Shown here: one piece after another, positions 10,901 through 19,530 of the stretch
How positions within the stretch are numbered: position 1 is the stretch's first letter
Layout of the letters: every line of letters starts with the position of its first letter
Assembly (NCBI GenBank): GCA_038831915.1
Contig: JAWBKB010000002.1
Location: 1 to 64,000 of the forward strand
Origin: Candidatus Caldarchaeum sp.
GTDB lineage: Archaea > Thermoproteota > Nitrososphaeria_A > Caldarchaeales > Caldarchaeaceae
Direction of reading: 5' to 3'
Length of the DNA stretch: 64,000 bases
Position numbers and translations under genes: made by a program
Notes under the pieces: model-generated
Told to the model about the DNA's origin: nothing
The model's input: only the letters and a program-made list of their open reading frames with translations
Database searches by the model: none

Positions 10901-11097
10901 AAAGCTTCCAAACTCTTTCTCTGATGAAGGTAAAGCCTGTTTTCCGCGAGTCTTCTGCATCGAGGAATTTCTGATTGTTTCAGCGCAGGCAAAAGGTCGG
11001 AGAATTTCTCTTCAACTAGCGGCGGTGAAACCCTTGGGGACACCAGCTTGATAAAATCGTAACCAAGTCTGTGAAGCAGTTGTTCCGAATCAATCAT
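7990..11097 (-). CDS. SF2 helicase (Hrq1/YprA-like) with C-terminal RNase H-like (YprB-like) domain
   Basis: LYLHQ, GTGSGKT, YPTLALSNDQ, DEFD, TAT, GIDIG and QREGRKGR motifs; C-terminal PLEVFESALGL...YLRDDV. Confidence 0.8.
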   Translation of the reverse strand: MIDSEQLLHRLGYDFIKLVSPRVSPPLVEEKFSDLLPALKQSEIPRCRRLAENRLYLHQRKSLEALMNGENLVLKAGTGSGKTEAWFLYTALKRANTLAIYPTLALSNDQLERLKDYCAALSMKVIAIDALRKEEILKTSTPRTLRSTIKDSNLVITNPAYLLNELKRIGAGKTAFLKEFINETQLIVLDEFDFYGPRSIAILMAMMRIIVEIINPNVQMVIMTATLQDPEEVGLMLTEINGRKSSIVDGEPFQTENRTYLVLGKSLRKIWEAILAQKEKLVKAGAGPDVIKSIQDFDDFRRNFFKIVEVAKAAGAEFPDYFGDPVEVLSHYADDDVLTLVFTVGISSAEETARKVIHQTGLNTAVATHHHLLLKTQRREIEQSAKIGQTKLIFTPKTLSQGIDIGAVRRIVHLGLPQEVREFRQREGRKGRRPDIPWTETVVIPFSQWDRDLLSRGVEVFKKWLELPIEKTIANRANKYGKLFKTLFDYVSPITRSKITKEDILFLRELGLESDGALTQNGKNAWLKMNFYEFAPPYGIKRWRVGDDGSLRNLEDISHVDLVEKFQPGAIDPSSDGVVVEVRTGGKKGRVVTGVVVDSLLESRLRRHDALNPVLEEYERTKLRWNEEPNVRRDFHRGSIQSLIHLVAQLPSNGFGTFIEFANRVEWRIYSNKRRLLTVGERTFAIKDVKTIEVPTPTYGFYSDYTYGLAVEASPLDDTSLLRLGASFILIVLRRIHHISLFIMKFDMIVLGERKFVRFYEGECANYLPSIDWQSLRKDVENYQPDELDEVLLQQIEEQVYSDFLAKKLDWEIARTYALKIIDYILLMQTLKVQIGDTVYTVTKPSKAIGLASLSAVSVQFREDLNAGLYGLALFDGEESKMFTGFFEFNRPADDVSQALVEISKLVDKGFKIVVYDFDLLYKTLTTAGLEAVKAFLKGLEQGGKAPDVKKLLSEKMNVEIPLEVFESALGLRRDVWASDLFTRTELEKRRKPSVKFIRSKPERFTALLESYLRDDVRNIYTAYLVAEKMGQGQG

Positions 11098-11103
11098 CGC
11101 ATT

Positions 11104-11562
11104 CTACCTGCTCTGCTCAAAGCTGTTGCGAACTTGACTTATGACGTCTTCGCCGTATCCAAGCCTTTTGAGCCCTTTAACCATGAGAGCGAAGTATTCG
11201 CTTGACGGCACAATTTTTTGACGCGGATTCGTCCCGACGTAAACATATGCTTCAACTGAGGTTTGGTCGGTTTCCACCATGACTTTGCGTCTGTGATATA
11301 GGTGCGGAACTCCTTCATAGCGGTCGAGTTTCTCGAGTTGCTCCTCATCGAGAAGATAGAGAGCGCCATAAACGATGGATTGGGGGTCTTCGACGATGTT
11401 TGCGACACCGCCGCGCCAGGAAGTCGAATAGACGTTGAAGACAAGCCTAAATCCTTTAAGCTTGGCCGGACGAAGGTCGTGCCACTGGCCGACCCTCTTC
11501 TTCATCCCGTCGACGTCGAGGTTGGAGCCATATGCAAAATACCAGACAGGCATCGAAGCCAC
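11104..11562 (-). CDS. Gamma-glutamylcyclotransferase family protein
   Basis: YFAYGSNL and LDRYEG motifs. Confidence 0.85.
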   Translation of the reverse strand: MASMPVWYFAYGSNLDVDGMKKRVGQWHDLRPAKLKGFRLVFNVYSTSWRGGVANIVEDPQSIVYGALYLLDEEQLEKLDRYEGVPHLYHRRKVMVETDQTSVEAYVYVGTNPRQKIVPSSEYFALMVKGLKRLGYGEDVISQVRNSFEQSR

Positions 11563-12834
11563 CTAGAGAATGAAGTATTCTTTGTCGACTTTTCGATTCT
11601 CTACACCGAGGATTGAAGAATCGAATTTAACACCTCCGTGGAGAACTGCGTATGGTTTGTCGAATAAGACCGCTTCGGCGATCCTCCCGACCGCGTCTGA
11701 TTTCATCACGCCGCTTCCGCTCGCCCCGGTTACAACTAAGCAGTTGAGAAACTTGAAAACAATCGGGTTGCCGTCTAAGTAGTTCATCGAGTAGTTGCCC
11801 GCCCACATCGCGGAAGGCCGCGTGTTCACGAACTGTGGGAAATACTTCACTAAAGGCGGATAGACGTTTTCGTAGAAGAAAGATGGCTCGGGCTCGTTTT
11901 CGAGCCCGAATTTCCGGCCAATTTCATCCGTTAAACTGACCCAGAACGCTTTATCACTTCTACGTGGAACTACGTAGAGACCGTTGGGGAAAAACATCAT
12001 TGGTAGAGGCCGTCCATTGTCCCAGCCCGACATTAAGAATTTTTCCAATTCGCCAGAAGTTTGAATTACGAAAAGCTGGCGTTTCTTCGGTTTCACAAAG
12101 CAGTCGACCCCGATAGGGTCGAGGAGCTGAGGAGACCACGACCCTGCCGCTACAACCACCATCTCCGCCTGCAGATATTCCCCATTAACTTTGACACCGC
12201 CAACCTTGATTTTCTGCCATGCCCGCGGCTCGTTCGGGATACCCAGCGGCTGAACGGGTTCTAGAACGAGCTGTTCAACACGCTTATTCAACAATAACTC
12301 AACCCCTTCCGAAACACATCTCCGCCTGTAGAGGTTCACCACTTTCTCAACATCTAAGAAACCACATCTGGGAGTGAAAAACCCGTAAACAATGTTTTCA
12401 ATTCCCAAAAGCTGTGCTTCTTCGTCGCCGTCGAACCGGGTGACGACGCCAAGCTGTTTCTCAAGCTCTTCGCCGCGTAGTAAAACCGCCTTCCCCTGTT
12501 CAACGAAATCTTGAACTGCCCGTACGGTTTTCGAATAGCGGTTTTGGTCCATCAATATCATGTAGCCGACTTCCTGCATGGAAAGCTTGGCTTCGCCTGA
12601 TTGTTCTGCTTCGCGGAGATGCTGAATGGTTGTTTCGGCGAGAATTCTGTTTACATGGGACGTGAAGATGCCTTGACGATATCCGCCGACGCTCCGAGCA
12701 GTGTTTCCCTGTCCAACATCCTTCTCCATTTCAAGAATCGCGACCGATAAATCGCGGTGGTTGAGCTTGATGTAATAAGCGGATGCGAGGCCTAGTATGC
12801 CGCCTCCGACGACGATAACGTCGAAATCAGCCAC
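11563..12834 (-). CDS. FAD-dependent oxidoreductase (DAO/sarcosine oxidase beta/proline dehydrogenase family)
   Basis: VIVVGGGILG Rossmann motif, GNTARSVG, GASGSGVMK; likely GTG start at 12834. Confidence 0.8.
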   Translation of the reverse strand: MADFDVIVVGGGILGLASAYYIKLNHRDLSVAILEMEKDVGQGNTARSVGGYRQGIFTSHVNRILAETTIQHLREAEQSGEAKLSMQEVGYMILMDQNRYSKTVRAVQDFVEQGKAVLLRGEELEKQLGVVTRFDGDEEAQLLGIENIVYGFFTPRCGFLDVEKVVNLYRRRCVSEGVELLLNKRVEQLVLEPVQPLGIPNEPRAWQKIKVGGVKVNGEYLQAEMVVVAAGSWSPQLLDPIGVDCFVKPKKRQLFVIQTSGELEKFLMSGWDNGRPLPMMFFPNGLYVVPRRSDKAFWVSLTDEIGRKFGLENEPEPSFFYENVYPPLVKYFPQFVNTRPSAMWAGNYSMNYLDGNPIVFKFLNCLVVTGASGSGVMKSDAVGRIAEAVLFDKPYAVLHGGVKFDSSILGVENRKVDKEYFIL

Positions 12835-12910
12835 AGAACTCCTTAGAGATGAGTAGTTAAAAAAAGCTTTCATCACACATATTAAGAGCCGTACAATTCA
12901 TCAAGCGGAT

Positions 12911-13990
12911 TTGCTCGTTGTCAACAGCTATGCCGTGGAGGTAGACGAGGCGATACAAAGGCTTAGAGAGCAGAACGCAAGCAAAATACTTATTCAGTCA
13001 CCCCTAGGCCTCCGCTCGGTCGCCTACAAGGTCGGCGAGATACTGCGCAACCATGGCTTCGAGGTGATTTTTTCATCGTCGAACTGCTGGGGAGGATGCG
13101 ACGTGGCCTACCCCGAAGCGATGCAGGTTAACGTGGACACCATAATTCACATTGGTCACAGCAGATTTCTCCGCAGAGACATCATGCCAACGATTTACCT
13201 AGAATGCAGATACGCCGACCCCTCACCCATCATATCCATTGCGGACAAAATAGCAAATGAGCTCGAAAAATTCGAAATCGTCGGATTAGCAGCAAGTGTT
13301 CAGTGGCTCGACTATCTCTCAACAATAACGGAGCTACTACGTGAACGGGGAATAAAATCGTTAACCGAAAAACCAGATATGTATTCAGTTTATGAAGGGC
13401 AGGTTCTCGGATGTGATGTTTCCGCGATGAAAAAAATAGAGGAGAATGTTGACGCGTATTTGGTCTTGGGAAGTGTTTTTCACGGACTTGGTTTAGCTGT
13501 TTCTACTTTAAAGCCGGTATATGCGGCTGATCCTCACATCCAAAAAGTAACGAACCTCGAGCATCAACGCGAGAAATTATTACGACAGCGATTCGCTCAA
13601 ATAGCAGCATTCAAGAAAGCTTCGAAAATCGGAGTACTGGTCAGCATTAAACTAGGTCAGAAAAGAATGGGCCTCGCTAAATATCTTGCCAAACTGTTAA
13701 ACAGCCATGAGAAGGAGGCTTTCGTCGCAACCGCCGACGAAATCAACCCGAATACCATCTCGGAAAACAGGTTCGAAGGGTTTGTCAACACGGCTTGTCC
13801 CCGTCTCAGCCTCGAAGACCAGCTACAGTTCAGCAAACCTGTTCTACTACCCGTTGAAACATTAGTAGCGCTGGGTCTTTTGGACTGGGTTGAAGTGGTA
13901 GAGAAAGGTTTTCTCATGTATCCGTGGGGTTGGCATTCAAAGGAAATTGGTGGGAAAATATGGAAACAAGTAGTCCAGCTCAAAATCTGA
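12911..13990 (+). CDS. dph2: Diphthamide biosynthesis protein Dph2
   Basis: CWGGCD, GQVLGC and TACPR carry the three cluster cysteines. Confidence 0.92.
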   Translation: MLVVNSYAVEVDEAIQRLREQNASKILIQSPLGLRSVAYKVGEILRNHGFEVIFSSSNCWGGCDVAYPEAMQVNVDTIIHIGHSRFLRRDIMPTIYLECRYADPSPIISIADKIANELEKFEIVGLAASVQWLDYLSTITELLRERGIKSLTEKPDMYSVYEGQVLGCDVSAMKKIEENVDAYLVLGSVFHGLGLAVSTLKPVYAADPHIQKVTNLEHQREKLLRQRFAQIAAFKKASKIGVLVSIKLGQKRMGLAKYLAKLLNSHEKEAFVATADEINPNTISENRFEGFVNTACPRLSLEDQLQFSKPVLLPVETLVALGLLDWVEVVEKGFLMYPWGWHSKEIGGKIWKQVVQLKI

Positions 13991-14559
13991 GGAAAAGATC
14001 AGTTGTTCCCGGCGAAGTGCTTGCCGTAGTGGAGGAATTCGTTCCGGCTGAAGGCGTTTTCACAGACGAATTGGGTCGGCTGAAGAGCCGGTGGCTGGGC
14101 GAAGCGTTCTTCGACTTGAAAGCCAAGGAAGTGAAAGTTCAGCCAGCAAAATCAATAGTCGCAATCAATCCTAGAGACCGAGTAGTGGCCGAAGTCAAAG
14201 ATGTTCAGGAAAGAATAGCGATTGCGGAAGCATTCATCAAGCTGCCCAACATTCCACTAAAGTATAGGAGAACTGGTGTAATCCTGGGCCGGAAGAACGA
14301 CTCTCTCGAAAACATTATCGGAATTGGTGACATCGCTCTTCTAAATGTCGTCAACATCTTCAGGGGAATGGTGACGTTCGATATATATTCGCCGGGATGT
14401 GGTGTAATGTTGGCGATGTGCAGCGTATGCGGCAGTGTTCTCGAAAAGAAAGAGAATTTATTGGTCTGCGGCAAATGCGGGAACAGAGAGAGGCGAAAGA
14501 CAGTGTTAAAATACGGCAACATGGAATTGCTAAAACAGTTGGCTGGTGTGGAAAAATGA
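13960..14559 (+). CDS. csl4: Exosome RNA-binding protein Csl4
   Basis: VVPGEVLAVVEEF, S1-like middle, C-terminal CxxC..CxxC zinc ribbon; dph2-csl4-rpoL-tfs synteny. Confidence 0.85.
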   Translation: METSSPAQNLRKRSVVPGEVLAVVEEFVPAEGVFTDELGRLKSRWLGEAFFDLKAKEVKVQPAKSIVAINPRDRVVAEVKDVQERIAIAEAFIKLPNIPLKYRRTGVILGRKNDSLENIIGIGDIALLNVVNIFRGMVTFDIYSPGCGVMLAMCSVCGSVLEKKENLLVCGKCGNRERRKTVLKYGNMELLKQLAGVEK

Positions 14560-14834
14560 AAATGAAAATCATCGAGGAAACGCAGGACTTCATGAGTATT
14601 GAGGTAGTTGACGAAGATCAGTCGATAATCAATTTGTTCGCCGAAACCCTTAACAACGTTGACGGAGTGCTGTACGCCGGATATCGTGTTGAACATCCCT
14701 TGACAGGAAAAATGACAATTTCGATCAAGGTTGACCCGTCGAATACATCTCCGAGAAAAGCACTGCAGCAAGGGTTACAGGAGATTCGTCGTCTAGTAGA
14801 AGCAATAGACCAGAAATTAGATGTGTTGAGGTGA
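14556..14834 (+). CDS. rpoL: RNA polymerase subunit L (Rpo11)
   Basis: YAGYRVEHPL motif and synteny. Confidence 0.9.
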   Translation: MKMKIIEETQDFMSIEVVDEDQSIINLFAETLNNVDGVLYAGYRVEHPLTGKMTISIKVDPSNTSPRKALQQGLQEIRRLVEAIDQKLDVLR

Positions 14835-14839
14835 TTTGA

Positions 14840-15172
14840 ATGGAGTTTTGCCCTGAATGTGGAACCGCCTTGAAGCCGATGAAATCTGGCTCAAAAGTTG
14901 TTCTTGGATGTAAGAAATGTGGTTACAAAAAACCTTTAGAGGGTGAGAAAGTGATTGTCAAGCAGGAGAGAGCTGCCGCGGTGGGTAAAAATGTGGCCGC
15001 GATAGTCGAATCCGAAGAAGCACCATTACCCACCACGTCGGACGTCATATGTCCCGCTTGCGGACACAACGAAGCAAAATGGTGGACCGTTCAAACGAGG
15101 TCAGCGGACGAGCCTATGACACAGTTCTTCAGATGTGTAAAATGCGGTCACACATGGCGTGAATACGCCTAA
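14840..15172 (+). CDS. tfs: Transcription factor S (TFS)
   Basis: Two zinc ribbons and QTRSADEP. Confidence 0.95.
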   Translation: MEFCPECGTALKPMKSGSKVVLGCKKCGYKKPLEGEKVIVKQERAAAVGKNVAAIVESEEAPLPTTSDVICPACGHNEAKWWTVQTRSADEPMTQFFRCVKCGHTWREYA

Positions 15173-15876
15173 AAATGCGCAAAGCTCACCAACTTACCGA
15201 ACTGATAAGGTTTAACTGATTTTAGAAATTCTTTCGAAGCCGCAACCGCAACAATACCCACGAAATCACCTTTGAATTCACTAATCTTTCCGAGCACCTC
15301 CTTAACAGGTACATATTCATCGAGAATGCCCACAGTCAGAAGCAAGTGGCTTCTCAAGACATCAACCGGAACATAAATTCTTGAAATCACCCTTGACCCC
15401 GCGTTGCGGAATTTTATTTCTTCCCATTTTCCTGTCGATGAAGTTTCGGTGTTTGACATGTAGTAAACCCGCTTCGTGGTTGAAAGCCCGAATGCGGTCG
15501 CCAGAATCAAGCCGGCTCGGTCGTAGGCAAGAATGCAGTCAATGCGGCTGCCTGCAAATTCACGCAACATTTGAGCGGCCATGAGCTCAACCAAATAGCT
15601 TTCCGACACAACGTTCGACACATCGAGTCCATCAGAATCGGCGTGCAGCCGTTGCTGCACCATATGGTAAACGTTAACGATTTTCAATAACTTGTCCACA
15701 AGATCGAGCGTTCTTTTGCCGCGTGGCAATGTTTTGTTAGTTACGTATCTGGTTAGCGTCGAAACTGGCAGCCCGGTGTGGTGGGAAAGTGTTTTGTAGT
15801 CCATAGTGTTTTTTAGAGTTTTGAGAATGTTAACAGCTAGGTAAGATGTGTAAGCATCAATTTTTTTTGTCAACAC
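15169..15876 (-). CDS. HTH plus phosphoribosyltransferase-fold putative transcriptional regulator
   Basis: N-terminal HTH (YKTLSHHTGLPVSTLTRYV) followed by a PRTase-like domain with degenerate PRPP motif. Confidence 0.7.
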   Translation of the reverse strand: MLTKKIDAYTSYLAVNILKTLKNTMDYKTLSHHTGLPVSTLTRYVTNKTLPRGKRTLDLVDKLLKIVNVYHMVQQRLHADSDGLDVSNVVSESYLVELMAAQMLREFAGSRIDCILAYDRAGLILATAFGLSTTKRVYYMSNTETSSTGKWEEIKFRNAGSRVISRIYVPVDVLRSHLLLTVGILDEYVPVKEVLGKISEFKGDFVGIVAVAASKEFLKSVKPYQFGKLVSFAHF

Positions 15877-15983
15877 GTGCCAGGCGAGTTTTGCAACTTA
15901 TAGGATTTTGTTTTCGAAAAAATTCGCGTAATACTGCGGTAAGCGACTAGCATGAAAGTTTTAAATAAACTTCACCACAATAC

Positions 15984-18191
15984 TTGTCGTTGGTTGCGAA
16001 AAAAATTTACGACGCCTATGATTCCGTTAGAGGCAGACCAATCTACACGGCTGACATAGTTCAAGCTACAGCCCTACGCGTGAAAGCCCTCCGCTCCGAA
16101 TATCCTCATGCTTTGATAAGGAGAGTTGATGTTTCAGCGGCGGTAAACACGCCGGGAGTTGCCGCGGTGCTTACGGCCGGAGACATTCCAGGTCAGAACA
16201 TTACTGGCGCGGTGGTTCTTGACAGGCCTCTCCTCGCAACGGGCAAAGTGAGGAGCCTCGCAGACGCAATCGCGTTGGTCGTGGCCGATGACGAAGAAAC
16301 AGCTGACAAAGCTTTGGAAAAAATCGTCGTCGAATACGAGCCGCTCGAACCAGTTTACGACCCTGTCAAAGCACTGGAACCAGACGCGCCAAAGGTTCAT
16401 GAAGACGGAAACCTTCTTCGTCACTACAAGCTAAGGAAAGGAGATGTTTCAAAGGGATTCATTGAATCTGACGTTATAGTGGAGGAGGAGTTTAGAACCC
16501 AGATGCAGGAACCAGCTCCGATCGAGACAGAAGCAGCCTACTGCATGCCGGAGAAAGACGGAAGCCTAACTATTTACGGAAGCATCCAAAATCCCTTCTA
16601 CGTTTTAACTGGTGTCGCGAGGATTCTCGGTTTGCCGAAGGAGAAAATCAACCTCGTGGCGATGGCGATTGGAGGTACGTTCGGAGGAAAGTCGGATGAA
16701 GCCCCATGGGATGTTTGTGCGATGGCTGGCCTCGCGGCTTTGAAAACCGGTAAGCCAGCAGCCTGCATATATGGCCGCGACGAATCGATGATGGCTCATT
16801 CACATCGACATCCCGCCGTTATGAAGTACCGTTTGGGCGCGACCTATGACGGCGTCCTGAAGGCTATTGACGCCGACCTATACCTTGACACAGGGGCTTA
16901 CGCTTCGGTAGGTCCTCTTGTGATGATGAGAGCGATAACCCATGCAGCAGGGCCTTACGTAATCGAAAACGTCCGAATCGACAGCTACCTCGTTTACACA
17001 AACAACTTCACCGCGGGGTCTATGCGAGGGTTCGGATGTCCGCAAACTCATTTCGCAGTCGAATCACTTATCGACATTTTAGCTCGGCGGCTTGGAATGG
17101 ACCCCATCGAACTCCGCATGAAGAACATTTGGCGGAAAGGTGTTGTGACGGCGAGTGACGTCTTTTTGGAAGACAACCCCATCTACGAAGTTCTCGTCGA
17201 AAAGGTGAAGGAAAAGCTTGGATGGAACCGTAGAGTCAAAAAGCCATATGAAGGCTACGGCATCGCGTTTGTGTTTCACGGCAATAGCCTCGGGCCCGAA
17301 GGAGAGGACAAAGCAGTGGCCACCGTGAAAATAACCGCCAAAGGAGAAGTTCACGTGATGACGTCTCTCACAGAATACGGAACCGGTTCTACGCGAGGCT
17401 TCGCGAAAATAGCGGCAGAAGCCCTCGGAGTTCCGGAAAAGCTTGTGACGATTGATTTGGTCGAAACGAAGAAAGTACCAGATTCGGGTGGAACCTTCGC
17501 ATCTCGCTCAACTTTGATGGGTGGTAACGCCATTCTTCAAGCCGCAACTAAGCTAAGAGAGAAGCTGGGGATGAACGCCCGAGAGGCAGGCATAAACCTC
17601 GCCACGATGAACGTCGTGGATTTTGTGAAGGATGTTTTGAAGGAGGATGTGACGGAAACCGCTGAATTCAAGCTGCCGCTTTGCGACTACGACCACGAGA
17701 CAGGGAAAGGCCGGCCCTATCTCCAATACACATATGGAGTGGTCGGGGTAAAAGTTTCGGTAGACAAGGAGCTTGGAATCGTTCGGCTGAACAGGCTTGT
17801 CGCTGCTTTCGACGTAGGTCGAGTAATCAACAAGCCCTATCTTCTCGCTCAAATTGAAGGCGGTTTAACTCAGGGAGTGGCATATGGCCTTCTCGAGGAG
17901 TTCATCATCGGCAAAAAGCATAAAGCACTTAACCCCAACCTCGCCGATTATCTCGTTCCTACAAGCGCCGACCTGCCGCGCATAGAGATTGAAGTTGTTG
18001 AAAACCCCAGCCCATTAACACCGCTTGGCACACGAACCGCAGGCGAACCCGGCATCAACGGCCCCGCGCCAGCAATAGCCAACGCGGTGTTCGACGCTAT
18101 AGGAGTTCGGATAACTTCGCTACCGATAACAGCGGAAAAAATCTACAAAGCCTTGCATGAAAGAGAGGCTATCGTCGTTGAGACGCGATGA
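15984..18191 (+). CDS. Xanthine dehydrogenase-family Mo-hydroxylase, molybdopterin-binding subunit
   Basis: GGTFGGK, MRGFGCPQ, GTFASRS, QIEGGLTQG and GEPG motifs. Confidence 0.9.
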   Translation: MSLVAKKIYDAYDSVRGRPIYTADIVQATALRVKALRSEYPHALIRRVDVSAAVNTPGVAAVLTAGDIPGQNITGAVVLDRPLLATGKVRSLADAIALVVADDEETADKALEKIVVEYEPLEPVYDPVKALEPDAPKVHEDGNLLRHYKLRKGDVSKGFIESDVIVEEEFRTQMQEPAPIETEAAYCMPEKDGSLTIYGSIQNPFYVLTGVARILGLPKEKINLVAMAIGGTFGGKSDEAPWDVCAMAGLAALKTGKPAACIYGRDESMMAHSHRHPAVMKYRLGATYDGVLKAIDADLYLDTGAYASVGPLVMMRAITHAAGPYVIENVRIDSYLVYTNNFTAGSMRGFGCPQTHFAVESLIDILARRLGMDPIELRMKNIWRKGVVTASDVFLEDNPIYEVLVEKVKEKLGWNRRVKKPYEGYGIAFVFHGNSLGPEGEDKAVATVKITAKGEVHVMTSLTEYGTGSTRGFAKIAAEALGVPEKLVTIDLVETKKVPDSGGTFASRSTLMGGNAILQAATKLREKLGMNAREAGINLATMNVVDFVKDVLKEDVTETAEFKLPLCDYDHETGKGRPYLQYTYGVVGVKVSVDKELGIVRLNRLVAAFDVGRVINKPYLLAQIEGGLTQGVAYGLLEEFIIGKKHKALNPNLADYLVPTSADLPRIEIEVVENPSPLTPLGTRTAGEPGINGPAPAIANAVFDAIGVRITSLPITAEKIYKALHEREAIVVETR

Positions 18192-18630
18192 CTGACAGCA
18201 CCGCGTCGGTTATGCGAGTGTATCCTCCGCAGCGGCATATGTTTGCGATCAGCAGTCTCCGCACGTTTTCCTCATCTGCGTTTGGATAGTTGTCGAGGAT
18301 GTATTTGACGGTCATGACGATGCCGGGAATGCAGTAGCCACACTGAGATGCTGCGTATTCGACCAACGCTTCCTGAATCGGGTGAAGCTTGTCGTTCTGC
18401 GATAAGCCTTCCACGGTCAGCACAGATTTATTCCTGACCTGAACAGCGAGCATTAGGCAGGAGTTAACCAACTTGCCGTCCACTATTACGTTGCAGGAGC
18501 CGCAATCGCCCGTGCTGCATCCTTCCTTCACGCTTCGAATTCCGAGACGCCAAAGAAGGTCTATCAGCCTATCCTTACCTCTGACATCCGCAGTAACTTC
18601 AGACCCGTTCAATATGAAGCGTATTATCAT
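18169..18630 (-). CDS. Mo-hydroxylase 2Fe-2S subunit (CoxS/XdhC-like)
   Basis: CSTGDCGSC..C and QCGYC..CRC. Confidence 0.93.
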   Translation of the reverse strand: MIIRFILNGSEVTADVRGKDRLIDLLWRLGIRSVKEGCSTGDCGSCNVIVDGKLVNSCLMLAVQVRNKSVLTVEGLSQNDKLHPIQEALVEYAASQCGYCIPGIVMTVKYILDNYPNADEENVRRLLIANICRCGGYTRITDAVLSVIASQRR

Positions 18631-19499
18631 GCGTTCGACCTCGAAACCAAAAATTCCCAGCAGTGTATGATTCCGCGAGTAAGAATGACTTTGGAGACGT
18701 GTTTGCGGAATTCGCTTGAAGCCCTGAAATCTGACGCCGGCTTAATCTTTGAGACATGTTTTTCAACAGCTGTTTTGATGATGGTTTCGGTTAGGATTTT
18801 ATCGGTCAATTCGTTTTCAAGTTCGTGCAGGCGTCCCACCTTTCTGCCGTCAACCCGGTTCAGAACAGTCCGCAACTTCGAAACACGGCCATCCACTAAC
18901 TTCATCGCGACAGCCGAAGTAACAACGCCAATACCGTTCGACGCCCGCTTCTCAAACTTCGTAAACCAAGAAACACTATCAGGACCCCAATCATCGAAGG
19001 CTATTTCGGTGACTATTTCGGAAGGTGAAAGCTGTGTTTCGAGTGGATTAGAGCTTCTTTTTCCGTCGGGTCCCATGATGACAACTGAGCCGTCGAGCGA
19101 AGTCAAGATGGCTGGAATATCTCTTTCACCGCCGCTGACAACGTTTCCTCCAACAGTCGCCATGTTTCTCGTTGTTTCGGCGCCGAAATATTTGGTCAGC
19201 CACTTTATCGATAAGTAACGCTCGGGAATGACAGATGAGGTAGCAAAATCCTGAATTGTGACAAGTGCTCCAACACGGAATTGGTTGTTTTTATGAATGA
19301 TGTAGTTTAGCTCGGAGAGTCCCGAAATATCTATGACTTTGATGGGCTTTATTTTTCCGCGTTTCATCATCGGCATCAAGTCAGTGCCTCCGGCGTAGAG
19401 AACAGGGCTACCATCCGTTTCTCTTAAAAACGAAATCAATTCTGTTAAAGAGGATGGTGTGAAAATTTCAAAGGAAGGAACCGCTTTCAACTCATACAT
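18627..19499 (-). CDS. Mo-hydroxylase FAD-binding subunit (CoxM/XdhB-like)
   Basis: AGGTDL, RNMATVGGN, SDFRASSEFR. Confidence 0.9.
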   Translation of the reverse strand: MYELKAVPSFEIFTPSSLTELISFLRETDGSPVLYAGGTDLMPMMKRGKIKPIKVIDISGLSELNYIIHKNNQFRVGALVTIQDFATSSVIPERYLSIKWLTKYFGAETTRNMATVGGNVVSGGERDIPAILTSLDGSVVIMGPDGKRSSNPLETQLSPSEIVTEIAFDDWGPDSVSWFTKFEKRASNGIGVVTSAVAMKLVDGRVSKLRTVLNRVDGRKVGRLHELENELTDKILTETIIKTAVEKHVSKIKPASDFRASSEFRKHVSKVILTRGIIHCWEFLVSRSNA

Positions 19500-19530
19500 C
19501 GTTATATTCCCGTGCTAATATGTTTGAACG

